DNA of 64,000 nt from Dehalococcoidales bacterium (GTDB taxonomy: Bacteria > Chloroflexota > Dehalococcoidia > Dehalococcoidales > RBG-16-60-22), in NCBI GenBank assembly GCA_050014095.1, contig JBEKDZ010000003.1, positions 215,700-279,699 on the forward strand. Reading direction: 5' to 3'. Below the pieces are notes generated by a model. The model was not told the origin of the DNA, made no database searches, and saw nothing but the letters and a program-made list of their open reading frames with translations. Numbering within the stretch: the first letter of the stretch is position 1; the number at the start of each line of letters is the position of its first letter. Made by a program: the position numbers and the translations under genes. Shown here piece by piece: positions 1 to 9,929 of the stretch.

Positions 1-1005
1 AGTGGGGAGCAGACCTTCAGATCGTAACCATGCTGCCTGGTCATGGATAGACTCCTGCCACGGTCGCGAGGTGAAACCGAGTTCTTTACGAGCCCGCGCC
101 GAACTTACCAGAGAGTTACTCCGCAGCACATCGATGGAGTAAGCAGTGAAAACAGGCTTACGCCGGAGCAACCGATAATAAACGCTGGCGAGTACCCCTG
201 CAGTACGAGCGATTATAGTAGGTATCCTATAAGAGGGAGCAGGATAGCCGATGTCACGTTCCAGTTCTTTCATTAACTCCGGTACCTGAACCTGCGCACC
301 GGAGAGGATGTAGTGACGTCCGGATTGTCCCTTTTCCATAGCAAGTATTAGACCGCGGGCAACATCACGCACATCGACGAAATCATAGGCGCCGCTAACA
401 TAGGATTTCAGTTGTCCGCTGGCAAAATCGATGATAAGCTGCCCTATATTGGAAATGCCAAAGTCCCAGGGGCCGATAACACCTGTCGGGCAACAGATAA
501 CCGCATCTAATCCCCCCTGGCGAACTTCGTCGAGGAGAAGGAGTGTGGCACGGGCTTTGCTTCGAGCATAATCGCCCAAGACATGGTCAGGAGAAAATGG
601 CTGTGATTCATCAATGACGACACCATGAGGCGGTTCAGCCACAGCGTGAATAGAACTGGTATAGACAAGTCGGCGGACCCCGCAAGCGCGACAGGCAAGG
701 ATGACATTACGCATGCCCCCTACGTTTACCCGCTCGAGGATGTTTGCCATGCCCGGCATGATGGTGACAATACCAGCAAGGTGAAAAACGACATCAGCGC
801 CTTTGAACGCTGATTTCAGGCTTTCGGAGTCGGTAACATCGCCGTAGACAGTATCTACAGTCAAACGAGCAAGGGGGCGTTTATCGTCATCAGGTAAAAC
901 CAGAACTTTTACACTCATACCCCTGGCAAGCAACTCACGTACAAGAACGTTGCCAATATGTCCCGTCGCCCCGGTTACAATAACCACTCTCCCACTTCCT
1001 CTCAT
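1..1005 (-). CDS. NAD-dependent epimerase/dehydratase family protein (SDR, dihydroflavonol-reductase-like); 3' end runs off the window
   Basis: Absent from the ORF track because there is no stop in the window. Reverse-strand ATG at 1005 gives MRGSGRVVIVTGATGHIGNVLVRELL (GxxGxxG Rossmann motif). I checked the start (codons 1-30) and the last 20 codons down to position 1 and found no stop; the ORF track lists no minus-strand ORF across this region. Confidence 0.75.
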   Translation of the reverse strand, partial: MRGSGRVVIVTGATGHIGNVLVRELLARGMSVKVLVLPDDDKRPLARLTVDTVYGDVTDSESLKSAFKGADVVFHLAGIVTIMPGMANILERVNVGGMRNVILACRACGVRRLVYTSSIHAVAEPPHGVVIDESQPFSPDHVLGDYARSKARATLLLLDEVRQGGLDAVICCPTGVIGPWDFGISNIGQLIIDFASGQLKSYVSGAYDFVDVRDVARGLILAMEKGQSGRHYILSGAQVQVPELMKELERDIGYPAPSYRIPTIIARTAGVLASVYYRLLRRKPVFTAYSIDVLRSNSLVSSARARKELGFTSRPWQESIHDQAAWLRSEGLLPT

Positions 1006-1175
1006 ATTAATTGTATGAGGGTGAGAAACAGGTTGTCAATGCAAGAATATATCAATTCTCTAGTAATGACGAGATATTAGTTACCATTTAGTTAAACAGA
1101 AAAAAAGCGGTACATGCAATATTAGCTGCAACGTGGGGGTTATAAACTAGGTTATGGTACGCCAGCGGATTTTGC

Positions 1176-1880
1176 TTAAAGTCCCAGGTAGGCTTTCTTG
1201 ATATGCTCGCTGGCAAGGCAGGTGGCACAGTCGCCTTCCATCACGATTCGTCCGTTTTCCAGCACATAAGCCCTATCAGCAATCTCCAGGGTAGCCCTTA
1301 CGTTCTGCTCGATTAATAGTATCGTAATACCCTGCTTGCGGAGCGACTGTATAATTTGAAAAACCTCCAATACTACCATTGGCGCCAGGCCGTTTGAAGG
1401 TTCATCGATGATACAAAGCTTGGGTATAGACATCAGCCCTCGCCCCATCGCCAGCATTTGCTGCTCCCCGCCGCTGAAGGTTCTGGCAAGCTGACGCTCC
1501 CTCTCTTTTAACTTGGGGAACATTTCATATACTCGTTGCAGCGTCTCTTTCTTGCTTTTCCAGGCGTTTTTGGCATAAGCTCCCATCTCCAGGTTCTCTC
1601 TTACGCTCATCTCGGTAAAAAGTTTTCTGCCCTCCGGTATATGGGAAACCCCCATTTCTGTGATTATATATGGAGCCAGCTTATCAATACGTTTATCTAG
1701 AAAGTCAATTTCACCAGATGTGATACGCAATAAACCCGTAATAGAATTAACCAGAGTGGTTTTACCGGCGCCGTTGGCGCCAATGAGGGCGACAATCTCT
1801 CCCTGGTTTACCTTTAGACTGACATCCCATAATATCTGTATATTGCCGTAACCGGCACTAATATTTTTAACTTCCAACAT
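1176..1880 (-). CDS. livF: branched-chain amino acid ABC transporter ATP-binding protein (LivF type)
   Basis: Walker A GANGAGKTT, signature FSGGEQQ, Walker B CIIDEPS. Start moved to the internal ATG (MLEVKNISAGYG), which overlaps the livG stop by 14 nt. Confidence 0.85.
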   Translation of the reverse strand: MLEVKNISAGYGNIQILWDVSLKVNQGEIVALIGANGAGKTTLVNSITGLLRITSGEIDFLDKRIDKLAPYIITEMGVSHIPEGRKLFTEMSVRENLEMGAYAKNAWKSKKETLQRVYEMFPKLKERERQLARTFSGGEQQMLAMGRGLMSIPKLCIIDEPSNGLAPMVVLEVFQIIQSLRKQGITILLIEQNVRATLEIADRAYVLENGRIVMEGDCATCLASEHIKKAYLGL

Positions 1881-2601
1881 CAGCTTTTTCTCCCAGATAC
1901 ACCTCGATGACCTTTTCACTGTTTGTAATTTCTTGAGGAGTACCTTCAGCGATTTTTTTGCCGTAATTCAGTACGACAATCCTATCGCAGATACCCATAA
2001 TCGCCTTCATAACATGTTCGATCACGACAACCGTAACACCTTTTTTATGTATCTTATTGACCAGTTCCATCGCCTCGAGAAGCTCAGTCTGGTTAAGACC
2101 GGACATAATTTCATCAAGCAACAGAAGCTCCGGCTTGGTGGCGAGGGCTCTGGCAACTTCGACACGTTTCTGGTTTGCCAGGGTCAGGCCTCCGGCAGGC
2201 GCATAGGCAACGTCGGAGAGTCCCACAAACTCTAGCAGCTCTTTAGCTTCGGTAGTGGCATCCACGGCAAGCCGTTTCTGAGCGCCGAAAAGTGAACCTA
2301 TACGTACATTCTCGATAACGGGTAAACTACCCCATAGTTTTACAGTTTGAAAAGTCCTGGCTATACCCAGGCGGCAGACTTGATAGGGCTTTAACCCGTT
2401 GATTTTCTTGCCCTTGAACATTATCTCGCCTGGTTTGGGCTGCAACGCTGCCGATATCAAATTGAACAGGGTTGTTTTGCCGGCGCCATTGGGCCCTATC
2501 AGACCGACAACTTCACCTTCGTCGACATAAAAATCAACTTCGGATAGCGCGGCCAGTCCGCCAAAATGAATGGTGACCCCTTTACCCTCGAGTAGGTGCA
2601 C
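1867..2601 (-). CDS. livG: branched-chain amino acid ABC transporter ATP-binding protein (LivG type)
   Basis: GPNGAGKTT, LLLLDEIMSGL, GTPQEI. GTG start. Operon context with the permeases. Confidence 0.85.
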   Translation of the reverse strand: MHLLEGKGVTIHFGGLAALSEVDFYVDEGEVVGLIGPNGAGKTTLFNLISAALQPKPGEIMFKGKKINGLKPYQVCRLGIARTFQTVKLWGSLPVIENVRIGSLFGAQKRLAVDATTEAKELLEFVGLSDVAYAPAGGLTLANQKRVEVARALATKPELLLLDEIMSGLNQTELLEAMELVNKIHKKGVTVVVIEHVMKAIMGICDRIVVLNYGKKIAEGTPQEITNSEKVIEVYLGEKADVGS

Positions 2602-3544
2602 TTTTCGCTCCCTTAATTCGTCTCCAAAGGTTCTGGATTAATCCCATCAAACCATTAGGCAAGTATAGTATAGTGGCGACCAGCATAGCGCCAAAGATAA
2701 GCATATAATAGTTTTTCAGACTGCCTGTCTGCAATATTTCCTGGATATAGGTGAATATCACCGCACCCAGAACCGGGCCATAAATATTACCCATACCGCC
2801 GAAAATAGCCATTAGCGCCGGACTGAAAGACATCATCGGGTTAAAAGCTGTGCTCGGGTCAACATAGGTATTTTTTGTCGCCATAATCACGCCAACAGCG
2901 CCCATAAATACCGCGCTGATGGCAAAGGTGAGTATCTTGGTCATAGTGACATTGACGCCGGTATGCGCGGCCGCTTCTTCATTCTCACCGATGCTTTGCA
3001 GCGCCAGACCGTATTTCGACTTTCTTATAATGTAAGCGACAAGCATGGTAATGACGAAGATAGCCAGCAGATAATAATATACTGTCTCGTTGCTTTCAAG
3101 AGCGACAATACGACCTCGGGTTCCTTCGATAACAATTTCCCAGTAAAAGATGACTTCCTTCAACAGTAGCACAAGACCGAAAGTAAACATGGCAAAATAG
3201 ATACCCTTTAGTCTAAGTGTAATGGCGCCGACGATGAAGGCGAGAATAAAGCTGGCTACGCCTCCGATTAAAACAACGACATATAACGGTAGAGTGTTTC
3301 CGTATAACGCCGCGGCATAGATGCCAATCCCGTAAAATGCGGCGGTCGCCAGCGAGATATAGCCAGTGGCGCCGGAGAACATCGTCCAACTTACGGAAAT
3401 AATAATATAAAACAGGAAATTGGAGAACAATGTAACGCCATAATCCCAGCCGTAGTTAGGCATAAAGCCCAGTATCACCAGGATTATCAGAGGTATCCCT
3501 GCTGTGATGCCAAGCTGTTTCCAGTTTATCTTGCTAAAGTTCAT
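2582..3544 (-). CDS. livM: branched-chain amino acid ABC transporter permease (LivM type)
   Basis: 320-aa polytopic membrane protein adjacent to LivH/LivG/LivF homologs. Confidence 0.8.
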   Translation of the reverse strand: MNFSKINWKQLGITAGIPLIILVILGFMPNYGWDYGVTLFSNFLFYIIISVSWTMFSGATGYISLATAAFYGIGIYAAALYGNTLPLYVVVLIGGVASFILAFIVGAITLRLKGIYFAMFTFGLVLLLKEVIFYWEIVIEGTRGRIVALESNETVYYYLLAIFVITMLVAYIIRKSKYGLALQSIGENEEAAAHTGVNVTMTKILTFAISAVFMGAVGVIMATKNTYVDPSTAFNPMMSFSPALMAIFGGMGNIYGPVLGAVIFTYIQEILQTGSLKNYYMLIFGAMLVATILYLPNGLMGLIQNLWRRIKGAKSAPTRG

Positions 3545-3545
3545 T

Positions 3546-4412
3546 TTATTGATTCCCCATGAGACCCTTTGGTCTAACCAGTAATAAAATGATAAATATT
3601 ACATAGTAAGAAGCCACAGCTAAACCCGGTTGCCAGTAAGCAACACCAGTACCAATAATGCCCAGAATAAAACCCCCGATAAAACTGCCAGGGATGCTGC
3701 CCAGCCCGCCCAGCGTGATAACAACGGTGGCGATGACGGTATATCCCAGACCCATGGTTGTCAATATAGGATAACATATGCTAATTAGCACGCCGGCGGT
3801 GCCCGCCATGGCGGCGCCGAAGCCAAAACACAACGCCAGCACAAAATTGATATTTACACCCATCAGACCGGCGGTAGCGGGGTCCTGGGCGGCTGCCCTG
3901 ATAGCCTTGCCGGTGCGGGTGCTGGCCAGGAACAAATAAAATATAATACCGATAGCAACGGCAAATACCGCTGCCACTATCCGGTTCTCGATAAATAATG
4001 CGCCGCCGATATTAATGCCGGTGTTCAGAAACAAGTAACTTTTTGGCGTCGAACCCCAGATAAGAACCGCAATATTTTGCACGATAAAATAAAGCCCGAA
4101 GGCGGCCAGCATGCCATTGCTTTCAAAAACGCCCGGGTTAGGTGATTTTACCCTTATTCCTGTAAAGATAGTACGGTAAAGGATAAAGCCAACAATAAAC
4201 ATTACCGGAGCAATCACGACAATGGTAAGCAGTGGGTTAACGCCAATTTGCTGCAGCGCAAAAGTAATGAAAGCCCCAATCATTAGAAACTCGCCGTGAG
4301 CGATATTAAATACTTTGGCGACGCCGTACTGCAGGCTAAGCCCCATGGATACCAGCGAATAAATGGCGCCGATTAGTAATCCACCAATTAAGACATTTAA
4401 AAACAGTTCCAT
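3546..4412 (-). CDS. livH: branched-chain amino acid ABC transporter permease (LivH type)
   Basis: 288-aa polytopic membrane protein in typical LivH position, 1 nt from the livM start. Confidence 0.8.
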   Translation of the reverse strand: MELFLNVLIGGLLIGAIYSLVSMGLSLQYGVAKVFNIAHGEFLMIGAFITFALQQIGVNPLLTIVVIAPVMFIVGFILYRTIFTGIRVKSPNPGVFESNGMLAAFGLYFIVQNIAVLIWGSTPKSYLFLNTGINIGGALFIENRIVAAVFAVAIGIIFYLFLASTRTGKAIRAAAQDPATAGLMGVNINFVLALCFGFGAAMAGTAGVLISICYPILTTMGLGYTVIATVVITLGGLGSIPGSFIGGFILGIIGTGVAYWQPGLAVASYYVIFIILLLVRPKGLMGNQ

Positions 4413-4485
4413 TGTGTTATCTCAAAAGTTTTCGATTTATTATACATGATTACTAATAATAATGCCAATTACAATTGCAGGCCAC

Positions 4486-4549
4486 CTGAAGGTCATAATC
4501 GGTATCTTTAGAGGATACCGGCGGGATTAACCCGTGGTATGACCTCCAG
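4486..4549 (-). promoter_or_regulatory. intercistronic Y-shaped RNA structure between the binding-protein gene and livH
   Basis: Outer 12-bp stem (4486-4497 with 4538-4549; the single plus-strand mismatch becomes a G-U pair in the sense RNA). It encloses hairpins CGGTATC/GATACCG (4500-4520) and CGGG/CCCG (4522-4534). Confidence 0.5.
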
Positions 4550-4596
4550 ACAGCCTGTAATTTGAATGTCCTACTATTTAGTGTTTAAGTTAAGCC

Positions 4597-5853
4597 TTAT
4601 TTTGCAGGCCACGGTGGTTTAGGATATACGAATGGCGCGGTGTTGTTCTTATCATTGTCAACGACTTCGAAGATACCGTTCTGCCATTGTCCTATCTGAC
4701 CATTGTAGCATGCCTGCGGTAGTAGACCGCCGCCTTTGCCGTTCCCCTGGATATCCCAATAAAAGTCTCCTAATAATGTTGGGAAGTGAGTGGTCTTGTA
4801 AACTTCCAGGATTTTGTCGGTATCAAGGGTACCGGCTTTTGTGATTGCCTGCGCTAAGTACTGGAGAGTGGAATAGTATAAATTACTGCCCCAATAGTCC
4901 ATGTTTCCCTCGCCGCCGACAATTGGCCGGATTTTATCTGCGTAAGCGGCAAGCGCGGGCGAGCTCTTCGCGTTCCAGGCGCCCTCGCCACAAACATCCT
5001 CTAGAGCTTTGCCAAACGTGAGGGGAAAGAACCCGAAGTTACAGCCTGGGCCGATGAGAATACATTTGGGGTTAAAATTAAGCGCCATGGCTGTCTGCAT
5101 GAAAAGAATATTCTGGTTCGGATAGGCGAACATGCAGAAGACATCAGGATTTAAATCCTTGGCTTCTTTGATTATCGGGTCCATGTCCGTAATGGAAATC
5201 GGGATACTCTTGGCTTCCAGGACCTGGATGCCATGTAAACCACACTCACTCTGCATGGTAAGGTTATATTCAGCGCCATGCAGGTCGTTCATGAAGCAGA
5301 TATAAACCGTCTTGGCGCCCTTTGCGGCTATAAGGTTCACAAACATGGGTAGCTGGAAATGGTTAGAGTAGTTCAAAACCGCGAAGACATAGGGCATATT
5401 AGCCAGCTGCGGTTCCATGGTGGTAGCGCCGCCTTCGCCGCAGAGCATCATCGTCTTGTATTTATTGGCGATAGGTGTCGCGGCGAACATCATAGCTGTG
5501 CCGGTAGGCCCAAAGAGGAAGTTAACATGATCCTGCGTGCACAGCTTTTCAATATTCTTGACGCAGACGCCGGTGTCGCTGGCATCATCGTACTCAATCA
5601 ATCTTACCTTGAGTTTCTTGCCACCGACATCGATGCCGCCGGCAGCATTGACTTCATCTATCCACATCTTATAGACAGGCGCGTAGCCATATGCCTGGAA
5701 ACCAGCCTGTGGGCCGGTAATATCGCGGGAAGCGCCGATAACGATTTCGGTCTGTGTCGTGCCGCCCCCGCCGCAGCCAGTAAAGGTAACGGGCACAATA
5801 AGAGCTAAACAAAGGATTAATGGTATTGAAATTTTTAATATTTTACTCCACAT
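4597..5853 (-). CDS. ABC transporter substrate-binding lipoprotein (LivK/LivJ-like, type I periplasmic binding fold)
   Basis: Signal peptide plus lipobox (LALIVPVTFTGCGGGG). Start placed at ATG 5853, preceded by AAGGAGAGG 6 nt upstream, rather than the track start at 5907. Confidence 0.8.
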   Translation of the reverse strand: MWSKILKISIPLILCLALIVPVTFTGCGGGGTTQTEIVIGASRDITGPQAGFQAYGYAPVYKMWIDEVNAAGGIDVGGKKLKVRLIEYDDASDTGVCVKNIEKLCTQDHVNFLFGPTGTAMMFAATPIANKYKTMMLCGEGGATTMEPQLANMPYVFAVLNYSNHFQLPMFVNLIAAKGAKTVYICFMNDLHGAEYNLTMQSECGLHGIQVLEAKSIPISITDMDPIIKEAKDLNPDVFCMFAYPNQNILFMQTAMALNFNPKCILIGPGCNFGFFPLTFGKALEDVCGEGAWNAKSSPALAAYADKIRPIVGGEGNMDYWGSNLYYSTLQYLAQAITKAGTLDTDKILEVYKTTHFPTLLGDFYWDIQGNGKGGGLLPQACYNGQIGQWQNGIFEVVDNDKNNTAPFVYPKPPWPAK

Positions 5854-6426
5854 TATTTGCCTCTCCTTTTTGATAATTTTCTCGGGACTTTTTGCCACTT
5901 TTGTCACATATAGCTACCTCCCTTTTTTACATTACTTTTTATGATTCAACATAGCGTAGCACAACGGCTACTAAATTGCAACACAAAATTATCTATATAG
6001 CGTATAGTACTTTTAGTTTATACTAGTTCTCGGTAAGAAACTTAAAAAAATAGATAAAGGTAAAGCTATTTTAATACCTGAAACTAATTCTGTCAAATAT
6101 TTGGTTTTTAAGGTTTGTTCAAAACGTAAAATAGCTATAAATCAATCGGAACGAAAGCAGTTATCTGCCTCTCGTTGTCACTCTCCAGACAATCAGGATG
6201 AAAAGCAGACCGGCGGCAAAAGCAGGTACGCCTGAACTTTGGCCAGAAATTAGGAGAGCTTTTCACGACCCATCCCAATATGCTCAAAAGGGTGAGGCAA
6301 ATCTCTACTCTTATAGGCTGATAATATTCTGGACAATATAATTGGTTTTCGTTATACTTTCAGTGTAATAACCAAGAAGGTACGATCAACTTTAAGACGT
6401 GATTGTTGATAGGTCTAAGGGGCGTT

Positions 6427-9400
6427 ATGCGAAGAACATTAGGTCGTGCGGTTCTCCCACTGCTGACACTAGCTTTAGTACTGATAATACTCTGTGCCAG
6501 TTCCGTTAGTGTTCAGGCAGCCACCCCCGCCATTACCATTAATCCAATAAGCGGGCTTCCAGGCACCGTGGTGACCGTTACTGGCTCCGGCTTCAGTGCC
6601 AACGAGACGGGCGTCAGGATAACCTTCGATAGTAACCCGATTACTTCGGCTATAACGGCTGACTCTCTGGGAAACTGGAGCGGCACTTTCACCGTTTCCA
6701 CCGCGGTATTAGGACCCCATACGGTGAGTGCCTTTGGTTCCATTACTCCTTCCGGCGTGGTTCCTAACGTAACTTTTACGTTGCTGAATCCCAGCCTCTC
6801 TATCAGTCCAGCAAATGGGCCTCCGGGTACTTCGGTGACTGTTATCGGCTCAGGCTTTGCCGCCAGTGAAACCGGCATTACAATAACCTTTGACGGTAAC
6901 CCTGTCGCCTCGGGCATTTCGGCCAACTCCCTGGGTAACTGGATCGGTACCTTCATTGTCCCCGCTTCATCCTCCGGTGCCCATAGTGTTAGTGCCTACG
7001 GTCCCATTACCCTGTCCGGTTTTGTTCTTAGCATCACCTTCACAGTCCCGAATCGCATCCTTGCCATTAACCCGAGAAGCGGACCTCCGGGTACTGTGGT
7101 GACCGTCACCGGCTCTGGATTTGGTGCCGGTGAAACCGGCATAACAATAACCTTCGACGGTAACCCTGTCGCCTCGGGCATTTCGGCCGACTCCCTGGGG
7201 AACTGGAGCGGCACCTTCACTGTTCCCGCTGCGCCCTCAGGTGCCTATGCACTCAATGCCTACGGTTCCATTACCCCGGCTGGCTTCATACACTCTATAA
7301 ACTTCATGGTGAACCCCACCATTGCCGTTAGTCCGACAAGCAGGCCTCCAGGCGGTTCGGTGACCGTCACTGGCTCTGGATTTGGTGCCGGTGAAACCGG
7401 CATAACAATAACCTTCGACGGTAACCCTGTTGCCTCGGGCATTTCGGCCAACTCCCTGGGGAACTGGAGCGGCACCTTCACTGTTCCCGCTGCGCCCTCC
7501 GGTGTCCATGCACTCAATGCCTACGGCTCTATCACCCTGACTGGCTTCATACCCTCTATAAACTTCATGGTGAACCCCACCATTGCCATCAATCCGACAA
7601 GCAGGCCTCCGGGCAGTCCGGTGACCGTCACTGGCTCTGGATTTGGTGCTGGTGAAATCGGCATAACAATAACCTTCGACGGTAACCCTGTTGCCTCGGG
7701 CATTTCGGCCAACTCCCTGGGGAACTGGAGCGGCACCTTCACCGTTCCCGATTCACCCTCCGGTTCCCATACGGTGAGTGCCTACGGCTCTATCACCCTG
7801 GCTGGCTTCATACCCTCTATAAACTTCATGGTGAACCCCACCATTGCCATCAATCCGACAAGCGGGCCTCCAGGCGGTTCGGTGACCGTCACCGGCTCTG
7901 GATTTGGTGCTGGTGAAACCGGCATAACGATAACGTTTGATGGTAACCCTGTTGCCTCGGGCATTTCGGCCAACTCCCTGGGGAACTGGAGCGGTACTTT
8001 CACTATTCCTGCTTCAGTTCTAGGGTCCCACAGCGTTGGAGCCAAGGGCTCGATTACCCAGGGGGGCAGCCTCGGTGGAACCAACTTTGGGGTCACACCA
8101 GGTATCTCATTAAAACCCATCTCCGGCTATGTGGGGAGCACGGTTCAAATCAGCGGCTCCGGCTTCGCCGTTAATAGTCCCCTCACCTTTACTTATGACG
8201 ACAAAGAGATTCTGGCAGAAGGGGCCACCACCGATGCTACCGGTAGCTTCGTTAATTCGTTCGTCGTGCCCAAGTCGAAGGCTGGCGGTCACACTATCAG
8301 CGTCACGGACGTGCAAGGGAACAGCGCCAAAACCACTTTCAACATGGATAGCACCCCACCACCCATGCCCGTCCCGCTTTCCCCCGATGACGACGCCAGA
8401 ATTGGTATACTGGGGAACATCACTCCAAACTTTACATGGTCTAACGTCTCCGACCCCAGCGGCGTTACCTACTCTTTTCAAGTGGATACGTACCCGGACT
8501 TCTCTCAGCCTGTATTAGACAAGACGGATATCACGGCCAGTCACTATACTCTAACGGCGATAGAAGCTTTGCCGCGTGGCCAGTTTTACTGGAGGGTTAA
8601 AGCCATTGATGGTGCTTCTAATGAGAGCGCATGGTCACAGGTACGGTTACTAAAGTCCGGGCTCATGCCGCTGTGGGCTCTAGTGCTCATAATCCTGGTC
8701 GGCATCGCCGCCGTAGGCTCAGGTGGCTATTTCGGCCTGCTTCTTCTGAAAACGCGTCGGCGACAGGTAGTAACTGTTCCTGAAATCACGGTGCCTCAGA
8801 TTATTACAGGGGAATGGCGAGAGATTGAATCTGCCGAGGAAACTCCAAAATTACCCTGGAGGCTGTCTCTACCCCAGCCGACAAAAGGAGCCAAGAAACT
8901 CTCTACCGAAGACCAAGCCCGCCTCATGGTGATTATAGACTTTGCTCAGTCTTTGCCCCTGGTGGAGCCCGGTTATAATGTGAACTGGCTGGTTGACCTG
9001 ATAGAAACTGGAAGGGGGATCAAGATGTCAGCTCCGGTTTATAAGCAGTTGCTTAAAGGCGGACTTGAGGTGAGCTATGAGCCACAATGGACGCGCCACC
9101 CCATTTATCAGGACCTGTTGTCCTTATTAGAGGGGCAGTCAATCTTGCAGGACCTGAACGGGTTTGTTGACGCAGTTAACCGGTGCGCCTCCCAAGTAGT
9201 TTCGTTCCTGCAAGATATCTACCAAGATACGATCAAAGAAGCCCCGCCGGGCTTTATGAAGAAGGGTGGTTGGGAATTTATCTCCTCGGTTTACGCTGAT
9301 GCCGTGAGTTGGTTCCGCGGGAAATCTCTGCATGACCCCTCGGAGCGGGACTACATTATAAAACCTCAAAAGGGTCTTGTGCACGGGACAAAGGCCCTAG

Positions 9401-9618
9401 AGTTAAAAGGCGAGGAGACCACATCTTTCGCTGGCCCGATTATACGGGCCTCCAGTGATGAGGAAGCCCTGCGGCTCCGGTCTCTTCACCTGAAGCTGCG
9501 CTGCGCGTACAGGGACAATAACAGGGCTAAAGAAATCGCTACCATGCTCACCCAACTGGAGGTGCAGCGGAGCCGGTTACTTATTTTCTTTAGCGAATTC
9601 GGCAGACTCAAGCAATAA
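6427..9618 (+). CDS. large surface protein: signal peptide, 7 IPT/TIG-like Ig repeats, FN3-like module, one TM helix, ~290-aa cytoplasmic domain of unknown function
   Basis: ATG 6427 gives MRRTLGRAVLPLLTLALVLIILCASSVSVQA (signal peptide). Repeats carry the motif INPxSGPPGxxVTVTGSGFxxxETGITITFDGNPV. TM helix LWALVLIILVGIAAVGSGGYFGLLLL is followed by KTRRRQ. Confidence 0.85.
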   Translation: MRRTLGRAVLPLLTLALVLIILCASSVSVQAATPAITINPISGLPGTVVTVTGSGFSANETGVRITFDSNPITSAITADSLGNWSGTFTVSTAVLGPHTVSAFGSITPSGVVPNVTFTLLNPSLSISPANGPPGTSVTVIGSGFAASETGITITFDGNPVASGISANSLGNWIGTFIVPASSSGAHSVSAYGPITLSGFVLSITFTVPNRILAINPRSGPPGTVVTVTGSGFGAGETGITITFDGNPVASGISADSLGNWSGTFTVPAAPSGAYALNAYGSITPAGFIHSINFMVNPTIAVSPTSRPPGGSVTVTGSGFGAGETGITITFDGNPVASGISANSLGNWSGTFTVPAAPSGVHALNAYGSITLTGFIPSINFMVNPTIAINPTSRPPGSPVTVTGSGFGAGEIGITITFDGNPVASGISANSLGNWSGTFTVPDSPSGSHTVSAYGSITLAGFIPSINFMVNPTIAINPTSGPPGGSVTVTGSGFGAGETGITITFDGNPVASGISANSLGNWSGTFTIPASVLGSHSVGAKGSITQGGSLGGTNFGVTPGISLKPISGYVGSTVQISGSGFAVNSPLTFTYDDKEILAEGATTDATGSFVNSFVVPKSKAGGHTISVTDVQGNSAKTTFNMDSTPPPMPVPLSPDDDARIGILGNITPNFTWSNVSDPSGVTYSFQVDTYPDFSQPVLDKTDITASHYTLTAIEALPRGQFYWRVKAIDGASNESAWSQVRLLKSGLMPLWALVLIILVGIAAVGSGGYFGLLLLKTRRRQVVTVPEITVPQIITGEWREIESAEETPKLPWRLSLPQPTKGAKKLSTEDQARLMVIIDFAQSLPLVEPGYNVNWLVDLIETGRGIKMSAPVYKQLLKGGLEVSYEPQWTRHPIYQDLLSLLEGQSILQDLNGFVDAVNRCASQVVSFLQDIYQDTIKEAPPGFMKKGGWEFISSVYADAVSWFRGKSLHDPSERDYIIKPQKGLVHGTKALELKGEETTSFAGPIIRASSDEEALRLRSLHLKLRCAYRDNNRAKEIATMLTQLEVQRSRLLIFFSEFGRLKQ
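6529..8349 (+). repeat. in-frame tandem repeat array: 2 x 264 bp, 4 x 261 bp, 1 divergent 249-bp unit
   Basis: The marker string ggcat(a/t)acaataacctt recurs at 6874, 7138, 7399 and 7660, with diverged forms at 6610 and 7921. ataaacttcatggtgaacccc recurs at 7297, 7558 and 7819. Repeat 4 versus repeat 5 cores differ at 3 of about 123 nt by manual alignment. Confidence 0.95.
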
Positions 9619-9758
9619 ATTCGCCGCGCTTCTTTCTGAAGAAAATTGTGGGTAACTTTTTGGCTTAATGTACAGCGACAAAATATAAAATGTGCATTAT
9701 AATTTTTTCATATGAACTATTAAAATAGCATCTGGTTAGCGCATCATTGTTAATTTCA

Positions 9759-9788
9759 TTGACAGATTTCAGGCACCCTGTCTATACT
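9759..9788 (+). promoter_or_regulatory. sigma70-like promoter upstream of the AAA+ gene
   Basis: TTGACA (9759-9764), 18-nt spacer, TATACT (9783-9788), about 140 nt upstream of ATG 9930. Confidence 0.4.
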
Positions 9789-9929
9789 TTAATTAGCAGG
9801 TTTTATTTTCAATACAGGTCAAGCCGAGTTAGCATCAGGCAAATAGATTTTCCCTCTAACGGCAAAACCAATTTCTATTCCTTTTATCCTGTATGAATAA
9901 CCTGCTTGGCGGAAGACAGGTGATAAAAA

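Noticed and set aside
6197-6352. A 51-codon plus-strand ORF (MKSRPAAKAGTPELWPEIRRAFHDPSQYAQKGEANLYSYR...) in the long AT-rich spacer upstream of the surface-protein gene.
   Set aside because: No RBS and no recognisable motif. It could be a gene fragment, but nothing in the sequence supports calling it.
6513-8120. A series of minus-strand ORFs (147, 74, 90, 85, 73 and 112 aa) with repeating sequences such as KVPLQFPRELAEMPEATGLPSKVIVMPVS.
   Set aside because: They are antisense shadows of the in-frame tandem repeats of the surface-protein gene. Their periodicity simply mirrors the 261-bp repeat, and they have no independent start or RBS signals.
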